Part shown: in pieces, positions 23,682 to 35,171 of the stretch
How the letters are laid out: each line of letters opens with the position of its first letter
Numbering within the stretch: position 1 is the first letter of the stretch
Source of the DNA: Ginglymostoma cirratum
Taxonomy: Eukaryota
Reading direction: 5' to 3'
DNA length: 64,000 nt
NCBI GenBank assembly: GCA_024137785.1
Contig: JAHRHZ010000025.1
Span: forward strand, 22,986,219-23,050,218
The notes under the pieces: model-generated
What the model saw: the letters and a program-made list of their open reading frames with translations, nothing else
What the model was told of the DNA's origin: nothing
The model's database searches: none
Made by a program: the position numbers and the translations under genes

Positions 23682-23870
23682 TGTCTCTCCAATAGAGAGC
23701 TGGAGTTCCTGGTCTTTGGGGTGGTGCAATGAAGAGCTGTCCTTTTCCCAGGCAACCTTCAGATGAGTCAGCGTTTCTAGATGATGCCAGCCTGGTCAAA
23801 GGTCGCCACCTGGGTCAATGTGATCTTGCAGTGCCGAAACAAGGTCAATAAGCTTTTCTGTGCTGCCAGG
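23682..23870 (+). pseudogene. Harbinger-associated Myb/SANT-like domain relic
   Basis: Translates CLSNRELEFLVFGVVQ*RAVLFPGNLQMSQRF*MMPAWSKVATWVNVILQCRNKVNKLFCAAR, matching the FS..ELE.LV..V..R..VLF...AW..VA..V....QCRKK.NDL pattern. Two in-frame stops. Confidence 0.75.
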
Positions 23871-24937
23871 GCATGTGTCATGCTCTACATTCTGCTATCT
23901 CATACTCATTTTAACTCTGCCACTGCACCCACCTCCCACCAAGGCTGATGCTCTGACATCCCTTATGTTACTTTCGATACCTTCCCTATCTTGTTCTCAT
24001 TGATCCTCCATTCTCCCCTACCACTAACCCAGCATACTCAGAGATGCTTAGGGAGGGAATCCCAGAACTTAAGTCCCAGGCAGTTGAAGACATGACTACA
24101 AATGGTGGGGAAAATTCTGTTGGTCAAAAAGCCAGGATTGAATTCAGAGATTTTGACAGATCTTATCGTTTAACATAGAACGAAAAAACAATGCACAGTT
24201 CTAGTTATATTTGAGAATGACCATGACAAAATTAGGATCATAGAGGCTAAGGTAGTTTACAATCTGCTATAGTTGGATGTTCAGCCTGATTTAGTCACTT
24301 TCCTTGTTTGCCTTTTTCTTCTGTGGAGCAGAATCTATTTAAAGATGAAATTTGGAAGATGATAAGATTTTATTTAAAACCATCCGAATGCAAAGGATGA
24401 GGAGGGCAAACGTCTTTTGAAGATTTCTTTTCTTGCATGCTACAAATTAAAGGAAATGCTGAAAGAAATGAAAGTACCATTCTAAACTTCCAAGTCAGTA
24501 AATCTTCTGAATGGAACTTCCTTTTCATATAAGTGTGACCATGTTTGCAGAAAGTGCCCTAAAGGTGTCGAAGCTTATTGTGAAGCAAGAAAAGATTTGC
24601 CTTGGTTGATAATCAAAGGCACCTTCTGCAGTAAATTGTGACCAAAATGCCCAGCAGGGGACAACTGACGTGGTGATTTCTCTCTCCAACACCCAGAGGA
24701 CATGGCTATAAATGTGGAAACAAATGGCAGACCTGAGGAAAGGTGCTGAGATAATGCTAACCAGCAGATTTTTAATGCAAGTGCCTCTTCCAAGGAGGCA
24801 ACTGCAAAATGTGTACAAAAAAATTGTTCCTGTGTGACTTGCTCCTCCAAAGAAACCTGACAGCTCTTGTATATTTAGCAAGCATGGCATAGAAGGTGAC
24901 ATGAATAGCATACAAATTCACATTTGAATCTGTTGAT

Positions 24938-25246
24938 GCATAGAATCATTGATTTCCTACAGTGTGGAAGCAGGTCATTCAGCCCATTGAGTCCATACCA
25001 ACCCTCTGAAGAGCATCACTCCAGACTAACGCCTCTATCCCTGTAACTCTATATTTCGCACGGCTAACCCACCTAGCCTATACATCCCTGAACACTATGG
25101 GTAATTTGGCAATCCACCTAACCTGCAGGTTTTTGGACTGTGGGAGGAAGCCGGAGCACCCGGAGGAAACTCATGCAGACATGGGGAGAATGTGCAAACT
25201 CCATACACACAGTCACCCAAGGCTGGAATCAAACCACTGAGCCACC
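24938..25246 (-). mobile_element. HE1-type (V-SINE) SINE
   Basis: V-domain GGAGTTTGCACATTCTCCCCATGTCTGCATGAGTTTCCTCCGGGTGCTCCGGCTTCCTCCCACAGTCCAAA on the minus strand. Head partly deleted. Confidence 0.88.
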
Positions 25247-25289
25247 ATAACACCCGTGCATGGAGTGTGAAGGTGCAGCAGGGGGTTAG

Positions 25290-25600
25290 AGGAGAGCTTT
25301 GGATCACTCCTATTTGTAATGTAGATGGTAGGAGTCAATTTACCCACAGCAAGGTCTCCACAAATAGCAATATAACAATTACACAGCAGCTGTTTTAGCG
25401 ATGTTAGTTGAGAGATAGATATAGGCCAAGATACTAGAGAGCTCCCTGGTTCCACTTTGGATTAGTCATATATCTTTTAATTCCTGAGAGAGGGCCCCAG
25501 TTTAACATTTCATGTGAAAGTTGGTGCCTCCAAGAGTGCAGAGTTCCCTTGTTACTGCATAACAGTGTCGATCTAAAACTTGTGTTCAAGTCTTGACCTG
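25290..25600 (-). mobile_element. Old DeuSINE-like (SacSINE1-like) SINE
   Basis: Reverse complement is similar to 47750-48090 and 59155-59520 (GACTTGAACACAAG...GCAGTAACAAGGGAACTCTGCACT...GGCCTATATCTATCTCTCAACTAACATC). Confidence 0.6.
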
Positions 25601-25832
25601 ACTCGACCTTGCCAATATAGTCAAGAATGCTACAAGGCCAAAAATACCCAGTGTTCATGGGAACTAAGAGGATGATGATAGTGAGAACAGTGGCCCAGAG
25701 ATCCTAAAAGTAAAACTGATGAGCCCACTGTGGTAAGGTGAAAGTAGAGGTAGAATTAATCCTTTTGTCTTGGACGCATCTGAGGAGAGAGACATGTTGA
25801 CTGTGAGCACTTTATGGACAGAAGAGAGAATA

Positions 25833-26160
25833 ATCACTGAATCATGGAATCCCTACAGTGTGGAAACAGGCCCTTCAACAAGTTTACACCAACCCTCACA
25901 GCATCCCACCCAGACCCATCCCACTATAACTCACCTAATCTACACAAGCCTAAACAATGGGCAATTTAGCATGGCCAACCCACCTAGATCGCACATCTTT
26001 GGACTGTGGGAGGAGACCGGAACACCTGGAGGAAACCCATGCAGACACGGGGAGATTGTACAAACTCCACACAGACAGTCGCCCGAGGGTGGAATCGAAC
26101 TCAGGTCCCTGGCACTGTGAGGCAGCAGTGCTAACCACCGTGGGTGGCACTGTGGCGCAG
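25833..26160 (-). mobile_element. HE1-type (V-SINE) SINE with an inverted 5' tip
   Basis: Well-preserved A and B boxes (GGTGGTTAGCACTGCTGCCTCACAGTGCCAGGGACCTGAGTTCGATTCC) and V-domain. The first ~19 nt (GGGTGGCACTGTGGCGCAG, 26142-26160) lie on the opposite strand. Confidence 0.9.
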
Positions 26161-26814
26161 AGTAGGGAAAGAAATGAAGACTCCATGGAATGGGTCCTCC
26201 CCATTTACACAAATGACCTGTTTCTCCATCCACAGACGCTGCCAGGCCTGCTATGTATTTCAAGCGGCTTCTCTCATTGTTGAACCTGATGTTTCTTCTT
26301 GTGACAGCTCCAGTGTAGCTATAAGCTTCTGCTTGCAACAGACGAATTCATTTGGTAGGGATATCATAATGGCCGCTGAACAGTTCTATCGCAGTTCCTT
26401 TAAGGAGACATCTGCCCCAGGATTTCAGATTTTCTGGGATCGTCCTTTCAGATTGAAAAATCTATTGGGAAATACAACTTCCTTGGATTGTGCTACTGCA
26501 CTGAAGCTTGGAGCTTATAGCTTGATCACCTTTAGACAGCAATCGGCAAACTGACAACATCTCAATCAAGGGAATCTTCCTACCTTTATTCCAAGCAAGT
26601 GTTTATTCTTAAGTGGTGATCCTACCCAGAGTGTGCTCAATATGATTTACATGCTGCAACTCAAACACAATCTGGTTCAGTATTCAAGTGCTAAATAACA
26701 GCTGACAAAATAAGGTCATACAACATTCAAGTCCATAAATCAGCTACTTAAACAGGAGCATTTTTCAAACCAAAGACGAGAGGTGGAATTTAATTTAAAA
26801 GACAAGGGTCTCAC

Positions 26815-27250
26815 TCATTGGTTCTCTGGCTGGTGCCAGTCCCGTGACATCTCCTCGAGGAATACACGCTGTGTCAAGGACCCGGGGATGAAAATTCTGC
26901 TCCTGAGAGCTGCCAGCCAAATGGAGGCCAACAGCTCCTCATTATCACGAGTGCCAGTGAAGTGATGGAAATCCAAAAAAAGGGCCAGAGACTCTGGAAA
27001 CAGGTGAGTAAGATGGGAATGGGTTTTCTGGGAGGGGTTTGCTGGCTGTATGGAAGGTTGTGGGGAATGGGGGTGGCAATGGGGCAAGTGTAGGAAGTTT
27101 GGAAGAAAAGGCGGGGAGGGGATTCCCAGAAGGCCCAACATCTCTGTAAGCAAACAGGACAGGATTGCTATTTGGGTTCCCCATGAGGCAATTATTCCAG
27201 CTCCCACTGGTCAAATAGCAACTGAGGGACAATGGGGCCCTTAAATTGGT
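26815..27250. repeat. Ancient non-autonomous dispersed repeat (same family as 6330-6800 and 60655-61200)
   Basis: GGATGAAAATTCTGCTCCTGAGAGCTGCCAGCCAAATGGAGGCCAACAGCTC matches 61090-61140 in reverse complement. Ends GGGCCCTTAAATTGG. Confidence 0.5.
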
Positions 27251-27894
27251 CCTAGAACAAATGATGGCAGACTCGTAGTCACCATTACTGAAGCTAGCTT
27301 TAAACTTCAGATGCATTAATTAGTTTTTAATTCCACCAGCTGCCAAGGTGGCGTTTGAACCCATGCTTTTTACCTGTACCCATGGATTGCTAGTCCGTGA
27401 TATTGCCATTGAAGCTGGATCAGAGCTGTGTGTCCCTAACTGGACCACAGAGTATCCTGGGACAGTGTAACCAAGTTTGAGGATGACATGAACTATGGTA
27501 GAGCATATTCCATTGGAGTAACTGGTAGAGAGGTTCAAGGTGTTTGAGAATGTCACAGTAATTTTATATGATCATGGTACATTTGGACAGTGGATGGATA
27601 AGGAGAGCTGAATATTCTTCTTCTTCTTCTGAAGTTAGACAGAATGTCTTTTGAAGCCACAATGCACACACAGCACAGCCACTAGGGGTCAATTTTGAAT
27701 GCCCTAGGCTGGCATTAATAGGACAACAATAACCTCAGGATGGATGGTTATTCACAAAACACTTGTTTGGTGGCACGGTTCCTTTTAGCAAGGCCTTAAG
27801 ATCGGTGTCTAAAGCACCTGCCTATTTCAGGTTATAAAATGAACACCATTATGCTATGATGTGAAGAGTTTCCTGATTGCCATTTTATAAATTA

Positions 27895-28250
27895 ATTGGC
27901 AAGGACAGCACTTGTTGCCTGAGAAGGTGACAATGAGCTACCTTTTTCAACTACTGCAGTCCACCTGATGCAGATACACTTATGGTGCTGTTTGGAAGAG
28001 GATCTTTGATCAGTAACAGTGAAGGATCTAAGTCGCAATGATACGTGGTTTGGAGAGGATCTTGCAGCTTGTGACGTTCCTGTGTATCTGCTGTGCCTAT
28101 CTTTCTAGGTGGTAGAAGTCACAACTTTGGAAGGTGCAGTCAGAGGAGCTTTCGTGAGTTGCTGCAGTTTGTGGGCCTCAGACAAACACAGCGAGGAGGA
28201 CTTTGTTGTGTAGCCATGGCTGCAACTGCGAACACAGTCTGCCTTATGTA
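27895..28250 (-). mobile_element. Old LINE (CR1/L2 group) 3' end
   Basis: Homologous to 52372-52800 (GAGAAGGTG...GAGC...TTGCAG...TGTG...TTTGGAAGGTGC), and in reverse complement to 18410-18545. Confidence 0.6.
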
Positions 28251-30654
28251 TAAACAGATCTGGCTCCCCAAAATGCTTATCATCCACTGCCAAAGTAAAA
28301 AAGGAAAAAGAGCAATTTCGATGAATTACTATGGTCTGACTTGTGTGAACAGCAGCTGAAATTGTAGACAACCCTAGAAATTTGGATTTGGCAAACACAA
28401 AAATTTAAGTAAAACAGCAAAAAGACGTTACTTGAGGTAAAGGCAAAGTAACAAACAGTTGCAAGCAAACAAAGCAAAAATGTAAAAGCACCAGCTGCAG
28501 AAGGAAATACTGTTTACAGCCTTGTAGCTCTCAAAGGCCAAAATATGTTTTCCCAACTTTACTGATTTTGTAAAAACTCAGCAATCAGACAACACTTTGA
28601 GAAAGCAACACATAACGTATGATAACTTAATGCATTATTATGACTTTGTGATTCTTAATACATCCTGTTGGTGTAATCTCCACGACAATGAGGTATAGCT
28701 GATCAGAAATTGCACTTTGTGCAGAGTGAGCAATGAGTAGCTAAAAGGCAGATTGCGCTATGCTCAGGCCTCTGTCTGCCCATTTTGTACCTATGTTACA
28801 GACATTTGGAATATCCAGAAAATAACTGTTTAACTGCAAACATTATTAATTTTCCTTTGTGATGACACTGAATATGCAAATTTCCTTGTCTCTTCAAGTT
28901 CGAGTAAATGATCTTAATCTTGTCTTTCCCTGTGTATAAAAACTAAACATTTTGCAAGTTCCAAGCATCAATCAAAGGGCCTTTTTGAGATATTGAACCT
29001 CAAAGAAGGTAGAAGCAGGAGCAATACATTTGAATTTTATTGTCCCTGGCTAATCCCGAGGATCATTTTCCTGATCTTAATTAATTAACCCTTGCTTTAA
29101 GAGCTGAATGAGAACAGAGCTAGGCTCCAGTGTAAGAGTATCTTACAAATGCTCACTGCTGATGCCTAAGTATTGAGAAGACCCACTTGGGAAAGGTAGC
29201 AAACAGTTTGATGACATTTGGATCCACATAGAAGTCATTTTCTGCAGGAGAGAAAGAGATGAAAAAGGGGAAAATAATAATCTAAATGGCTTCCAGTGAT
29301 ATTAAAAGCTGACTGTAACATAAAATATTAATTACTGTCTGATATCTACATTCCTGAAAGTATTTAAAGCAAGTCTCTTGATCTTTAATTCAGCGCCATT
29401 TCTTCTTTATAACTCTTTAGGATGATTATTTTTCTATATTAATGGTGCTAATAGAGCAGAAATTGTTGTTGAGTGCTACCAAGGAGAGTGGCTTAAGGAG
29501 AGGACTGGAGATGTAGAGAGAGAGGTCTGTGGTGTCCACTGGGCTTCACTGACTCTACTGGACTTTTAGCACTCAAATTTATTTAATATATTGAACAATA
29601 ATGGTGTATAAGATAAATCTCTTCCATACAAGAAAACAAGAAATTTCAAGGAATCTATCAACTAAAACAATTGCGTGTCTATGCCTAACAGAGTATCCCT
29701 AGAGATCCATCCATATATTTTGGACAAAACTGAAATGCTGGTTGTGTATTCCTTGCTGTGTGCGATGTGCCAAATGTATGTTTGGGTAGAGAGAGCAAAA
29801 GCTTAAATATGATTCTGATAAAACTGAAGATGGTTCATACATACTGGTTTGCTAAACATTCTTTAAAAGAAACTGAATGTGAAAATCAAACTTCTTGTCT
29901 ATAAAAGTTCACAAAAGAGGTACTTGTCCTTTCTTTGCTGATGTAAGCACTGACGCGTTACTCCTCAGTAGCCTTCAATGGAACATTCACGTGCGAATGC
30001 TTGGAGGAATATGGGGCCAAACACTTATCAGCTGAGCCTTCAGTTGACATTTCCTGGAAAATCTGGATTTCATGGTCAGCCCTTTATCCATTCATAGTCT
30101 CAATAGAAGCCTCTTGGCACCTGGATGATGCCTCACAAACACAAGTCTGCCTTTCAGTTGGTTATTGTGGCAGTAGAATGCTACTTGCTTTTCTCCAACA
30201 TTTAGAGAATAGCAGCTGTGATCGAAGCACTATTTCACCATTCAAGATTTTGGTGACTTTCCAAGTTTTGCAGGATTTTACTGTTTTCCCTTCTGGGTTT
30301 ACAGCTGCAATTCATTGAATGATATGAATGCTGGACCTGTAACATGTCTATACACACATTACACTGATGCTGGGACATTACCTGACCTACACACCAGTGA
30401 CAATAATAGCAGCAGACTGCTTCACTCCATTTGGAGTAGGATTGTAGGAAGCTGGGGTCCCAGCAAGCGGGAGGAATGCACACAGAACATAGATAACACT
30501 TGGAGCTGAGATATAGTTAGAAGAATGCAACAATGCATTAATGTATTTTGAAACCAGTTTATACCATTGAACATGCAAAAATGCACAGTAAAGAAGTCTG
30601 TACATCACATACCAATTTCTATTTTATGCAGCAACTCATTTAACATGGCAAAAT

Positions 30655-31075
30655 AGAACGGAATCACAGAAATGTTACAAAGCAGATGGAAGTTTTTTAG
30701 TCCATCATTTCTGCTCCAGCTCTTCAAATGAGCATCATGAACTACTGCCAATCTTCTGCTTTTTCCCCAAATCCTTGCATATTATTTCTTCTCAAACTGG
30801 GGACACAAGTCACAGAATAATGGTTAGGTCATTGAGGATTGAGATGAGGAGGAATTTTTTAACTTAGGGCTGGTGAAACTTTGGAATTTTCTGGCCCAGG
30901 GGGCTGGGAAATCTCAGTTGTTGATAACATTCAAGACTGAAATCAATAGATTTCCAGATGTTAATATGATAAAGGAATAATGGGAGAGTACACAAGAAAA
31001 ATTTTAAAGTAGGAATTCTGCCATGGTTCTATTGAATGGTTGAGTCTACCCAAAGAGCTGAATTGTGTATTTCCG
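30655..31075. mobile_element. Two abutting degraded CR1 3' fragments (minus, then plus)
   Basis: 30655-30790 resembles 820-950. 30797-31075 resembles the CR1 C-terminus and UTR (GAGATGAGGAGGAATTTTTT...TTGGAATT...TTCAAGACTGAAATCAATAGATT). Confidence 0.6.
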
Positions 31076-32099
31076 TTCCAACGTCCTCCCTTCTTATGGA
31101 GAACTGGGTGAAATCTGACAGAAATTGCTGCATATATTCCCATTTTTGTCTCCTGTGACACTCTCAGGTGCCTCATGTCAGGGCAGACAGAGTCAAGGAA
31201 GGTTACAAAGGAGGTCTGAAGTACTTTAGAGAAAGGTCATTTCTGACATGGCTCTCCAATCTCCCATCATAACAAAAGATCAACAGAAACCTTGGAGAAA
31301 TGGTTTGGATCAGAATGTTACTCACCAATCCAAGCAGAAATCATACTCTTGAAGTGTTAAGTTGCAGATGCCGACCATCTTGGAGGTTTGTTTTAAAATC
31401 AAAAGGAACAGTCGACTATGCCCCCATCCTAATTTCTCTCTCATTACCCTGCTGTCGAACACGTGTGAGTTTCAGACACAACCTAAAATTCTGCATTTCA
31501 TCATATGTTATGGCGTTATGATTTCATGAGATGTGTATTTTTTAATTTTGCCAGCATGCTTGCATGGACGTCAGTCTCACTGATTGATTTGGCTTTCAGT
31601 CAGACAGGGGTGAACCCTCTTAAAAAGGCTTCAGCTCCTACTGAGAGCACTGCTACACACCGACAGCAATGCAGTTTCCTTCCTTTAACCCAGGTTTAAC
31701 GCCCCTGCCCACCCAGTCGAATAGCTACGTGCAGTTCGGGAAATGTGAGCTCACCATATCTCCTGCACATGCACCGTCTCTAATTACTCTTCCAACAGAT
31801 TCAATCAGTCCCTTTGTCTCATTAACCTTCACCCCAGACTGATGTAACCACAGCACCCCAAATAACTTACCTATAATCCTTGGGTTGATTGTATTTGATC
31901 CACAGGACTGAAAGTGGCCTAATTCCCAGATTTCAAGGACACTGATCCCCAGATTCTGATAGGACCAGGCTGCTGACTGGATCTGTGGCCAGCCCCTAGA
32001 CTGGAATCAGAGCAGCACCTTGCCACACTGGTGGTGACACTGCTCTAACTGACGATAGTCCCTCTTCACTCAGTAAGAATTGCTTCTCTTTGATTTTCA

Positions 32100-32880
32100 T
32101 ATTTAGCCAGACTTGAAGCAGATTCAGTGTGTTTGCTTCATAAGTTGCTTGTACATGTTACAGGTATGATGTTGACATAGCACAGTGCCATACTTTAACA
32201 TGTCCACCCCTTTAAACTGTCCATGGATCCCACTGGTAAGAAGCCTCCTGTGTTTCCCTCTGCATTCGAAAAAATACAAGCCACAGGTGCCGGTTGCTTG
32301 TAGGTCAGCACTAAACAGCCCGTGCACTAAGAAAACAATGAGATCCACAATGTGGCTAGCAGCCTATCAGTTAATGTTGAAGTCATTGACTGTGTGCTTA
32401 GAAAGCAATGTGAGTTATACAGAGCTGGCAGTCTCAGAATAAGCATGGATGTGTGAGCACTAAGGAAGAAAGCTAAAAGCTGTAAGGTGCATCCTGTATG
32501 TGCATGAGATGTGTGTGGCCTGTTCATAAAGTGACCTGGCAGAAGCTTGCAAGCTGTTGGTGTCCCTGAGCTCCCAAGCAATGTTTTGATGGGCCGAAAT
32601 GACATGTGAGGTGCTCAGAGAGTAGGAATATTGATGTGGTAAGGTTCTCGGTTTGCTAATGCTGACTGATGTGGATGAAGGTTCAAGGGAAATGGTGACC
32701 ATGAAGCATGCAGGGATGGCATAGTGAACAGGCAGTTAGATGGTAGCTAGGATAAACATTCAATGAGCTGGAGCTGCCAGGTGTTGTGTAAGGTCATTAG
32801 GACCCTGGAGCATCGTTGTGATGTTGTCATTGAAGTTTCTGCTCACTGGGCACAATTGGTACAGTGTGCATGAAGTTATG
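32100..32880 (-). mobile_element. Ancient dispersed repeat homologous to 18900-19450 (Harbinger-associated)
   Basis: Conceptual translations align: MVTISLEPSSTSVSISK...ELRDTNSLQA...HISCTYR versus MATISLDPPFTQVGISK...EFRDTSDLHA...HFSCIYTR. Confidence 0.6.
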
Positions 32881-33299
32881 GAGAGAAGGGAGAGACAAAT
32901 GGAAGGCTAGTAGAAGGCTGATGGTCATCCATGTGAATGTTAGAAAGGTATGTGGAGAAGCGTGTGGATTAGACCAACTAGCATTGGATGGTACAGGGCT
33001 ATGGGGCAGTTTTAAAACAATTTACTGGTAAGTTTAGCTGTGTGTCTCCAAATACCTTCTATTGTATTGACTGTTAATGTGTAATAAACATGGTTTTAAA
33101 CAAAAGCATGAAGACAGTCCTTGATCTTGCCTTCTCCTCAACTTTTGACTTGAACCCAAATTCATGGATGTGAACATAGAAGCATAGAACAAAGGGCCAA
33201 TTAGCTGCTGTAATTTACACTGTCAGGAATTTGTGCCATATTGTTTCTCGGACAGAAGAAGGAGAAGAGATTTGAAAATGGCAAACAAATAAGGTGAGT

Positions 33300-33775
33300 T
33301 AGGGTGCAGCGAAGGCTTACCAGGCTGATACCGGGGATGGCGAGACTGACGTATGAGGATAGATTGACCAGGTTAGGATTGTTTTTGCTGTAGTTCAGGT
33401 GAATGAGGTGGGATCTCATAGAGGCTTATAAAATTCTAACAGGACTAGACAGGGTAAATGCAGGGAGGATGCTCCCGATTGTTGGTGTGTCCAGAACAAG
33501 GGGTCATAATCTGAGGATTTGGGGTAGACTATTTGGACGGAGATAATTGGTGAGCCTGTGGAATTCAATATCACAGGACGTAGTTGATGCCAAAACATTG
33601 AAGGTATCCAAGAGGTGGCAAGATATAGCAGTTGGGGTGAATGGGATCAAAGGTTATGGGGAGAAAGCAGGATTAGGATATTGAGTTGGACGATTAACCA
33701 TGATCGTGATGAATGGTGGAGCAGGCTCAAAGGGCCAGATGGTCTCCTCCTGCTCCTATCTCCTATGTTTCAATG
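33300..33775 (+). mobile_element. CR1-type LINE 3' end
   Basis: VQRRLTRLIPGMARLTYEDRLTRLGLFLL*FR*MRWDLIEAYKILTGLDRVNAGRMLPIVGVSRTRGHNLRIWG, followed by a UTR ending CCTGCTCCTATCTCCTATGTTTC. Confidence 0.92.
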
Positions 33776-34847
33776 TAAATGCATAGAAATAATGTGGTTG
33801 CTGCTCAATAGCAAGATTCTGAAGTCACCATTTAAGGCTTGAGGGAAAAATTGCAAAATACTATCTCAACTTTGAGATTCTGATTTCTTTCATTCTTTGT
33901 ATTTTCTCATCTTTCTCATCAGCACTGATACCAATCTGGGAGCAGAAAATTCCACCCCGAGTATTCTAATGTGGCCATGGATTAATAAATATAGTGGAGT
34001 TTATATAGCTGGTGAGTTGTGTATTCTGTGACTCTAATGTGCTGCTCAAATAGTGTAAGCAAATGATAATTCCATACTTTTGTAAAGTGACAATTCAGTA
34101 CCTTCAAGCAGGAACTGTTTGAAATGTAAGATTCTTTTAAAATTGTGTTTTATTACCAATTGTGTTCAGCAGGCAGTAAATTCGAGACTCTTTTTTTCAA
34201 AATATATCAAACTATATGGGTTGCAAAGCTTTATTCAGGGGATTAGTGTAAGCACAGAAAGGGAAATGACATTTCCAAACCCAGAGTCATTGTTACTGTA
34301 CAATAAAGAAACACCATCCAGAAGGAGTGACTACAAAGACCCCTTTTGATATGCATACTCCTTTGCATTCTGTTCAAATTCACAGGTCAAGAGGCCAGAT
34401 GGGTTAATCATGTCTTTACTGTCCCAGCTGATGCACATTTGCTAGCACTATAATTCTGTCTATCTCATTTTTGAGGTGATCTGTGTGTGTTTCTCAGCTT
34501 TGTGTGCTGGGTATAAGCTGTTATATCCAGGTGAAGAGGGTGACTCATTCTCCTCTTTTTAACCTCATTAGCTGGCCACAATATGAATTTTGAATTTGTT
34601 TGAGACTGCAGTTATGTCATACTCCAATTAAAAGGAAATACTAGTTAAAATTGAGAACCCAATTACATTGTTTTCTTGAGAGAAAGAAAGAGGATTTTTT
34701 TATTTATTAACCCCAATAACAGTAATTAAATCAACATCAACAGAGAAAGTTTAAACAGGGGAGAATTTCTAATGCAAAAAGGACCATCAATAATAGGTAG
34801 TTTAAAAAGAAAGAGTTAGAGTCTTTGGGATCTCAGGTTTTGATTGA

Positions 34848-35075
34848 TTACAAAAACAGAAATTGCTGGAAAAGCCCAGCAGGTCTGCAGCATCCGTAGG
34901 GAGAAATCAGAGTTAATGTTTCGGGTTGAGTAACCCTGAGGACCCTTCTAAGGAAGGGTGACTCGACCTGAAACATTAACTCTGATTTCTCTTCACAGAT
35001 GCTACCAGATTTGCTGGGCTTTTCCAGCAATTTCTGTCTTCGTTTCTGACTTACAGCATCCGTAGTTCTTTTTGG
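34848..35075. mobile_element. Fold-back PLE terminal-repeat insertion (two inverted arms)
   Basis: Arms at about 34852-34938 and 34956-35045 are diverged reverse complements. The plus arm has a decayed hammerhead, CTAAGGA-A-GGGTG-ACTC-GACCT-GAAAC-ATT-AACT. Confidence 0.85.
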
Positions 35076-35171
35076 TTGTTGATGTCTTGTATCAAAATCT
35101 GTAAACTTGTTTGTGTTCTTGGTAAATGGAAGTTTCTACAATTTGTTCCATTACTGGGTTTAGTCTTTCAA

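Noticed and set aside
25833-26160. tRNA genes at SINE heads (also about 3540-3600, 41717-41790, 47750-47815, 59155-59200)
   Set aside because: The A and B boxes are followed by SINE bodies, and there is no complete cloverleaf.
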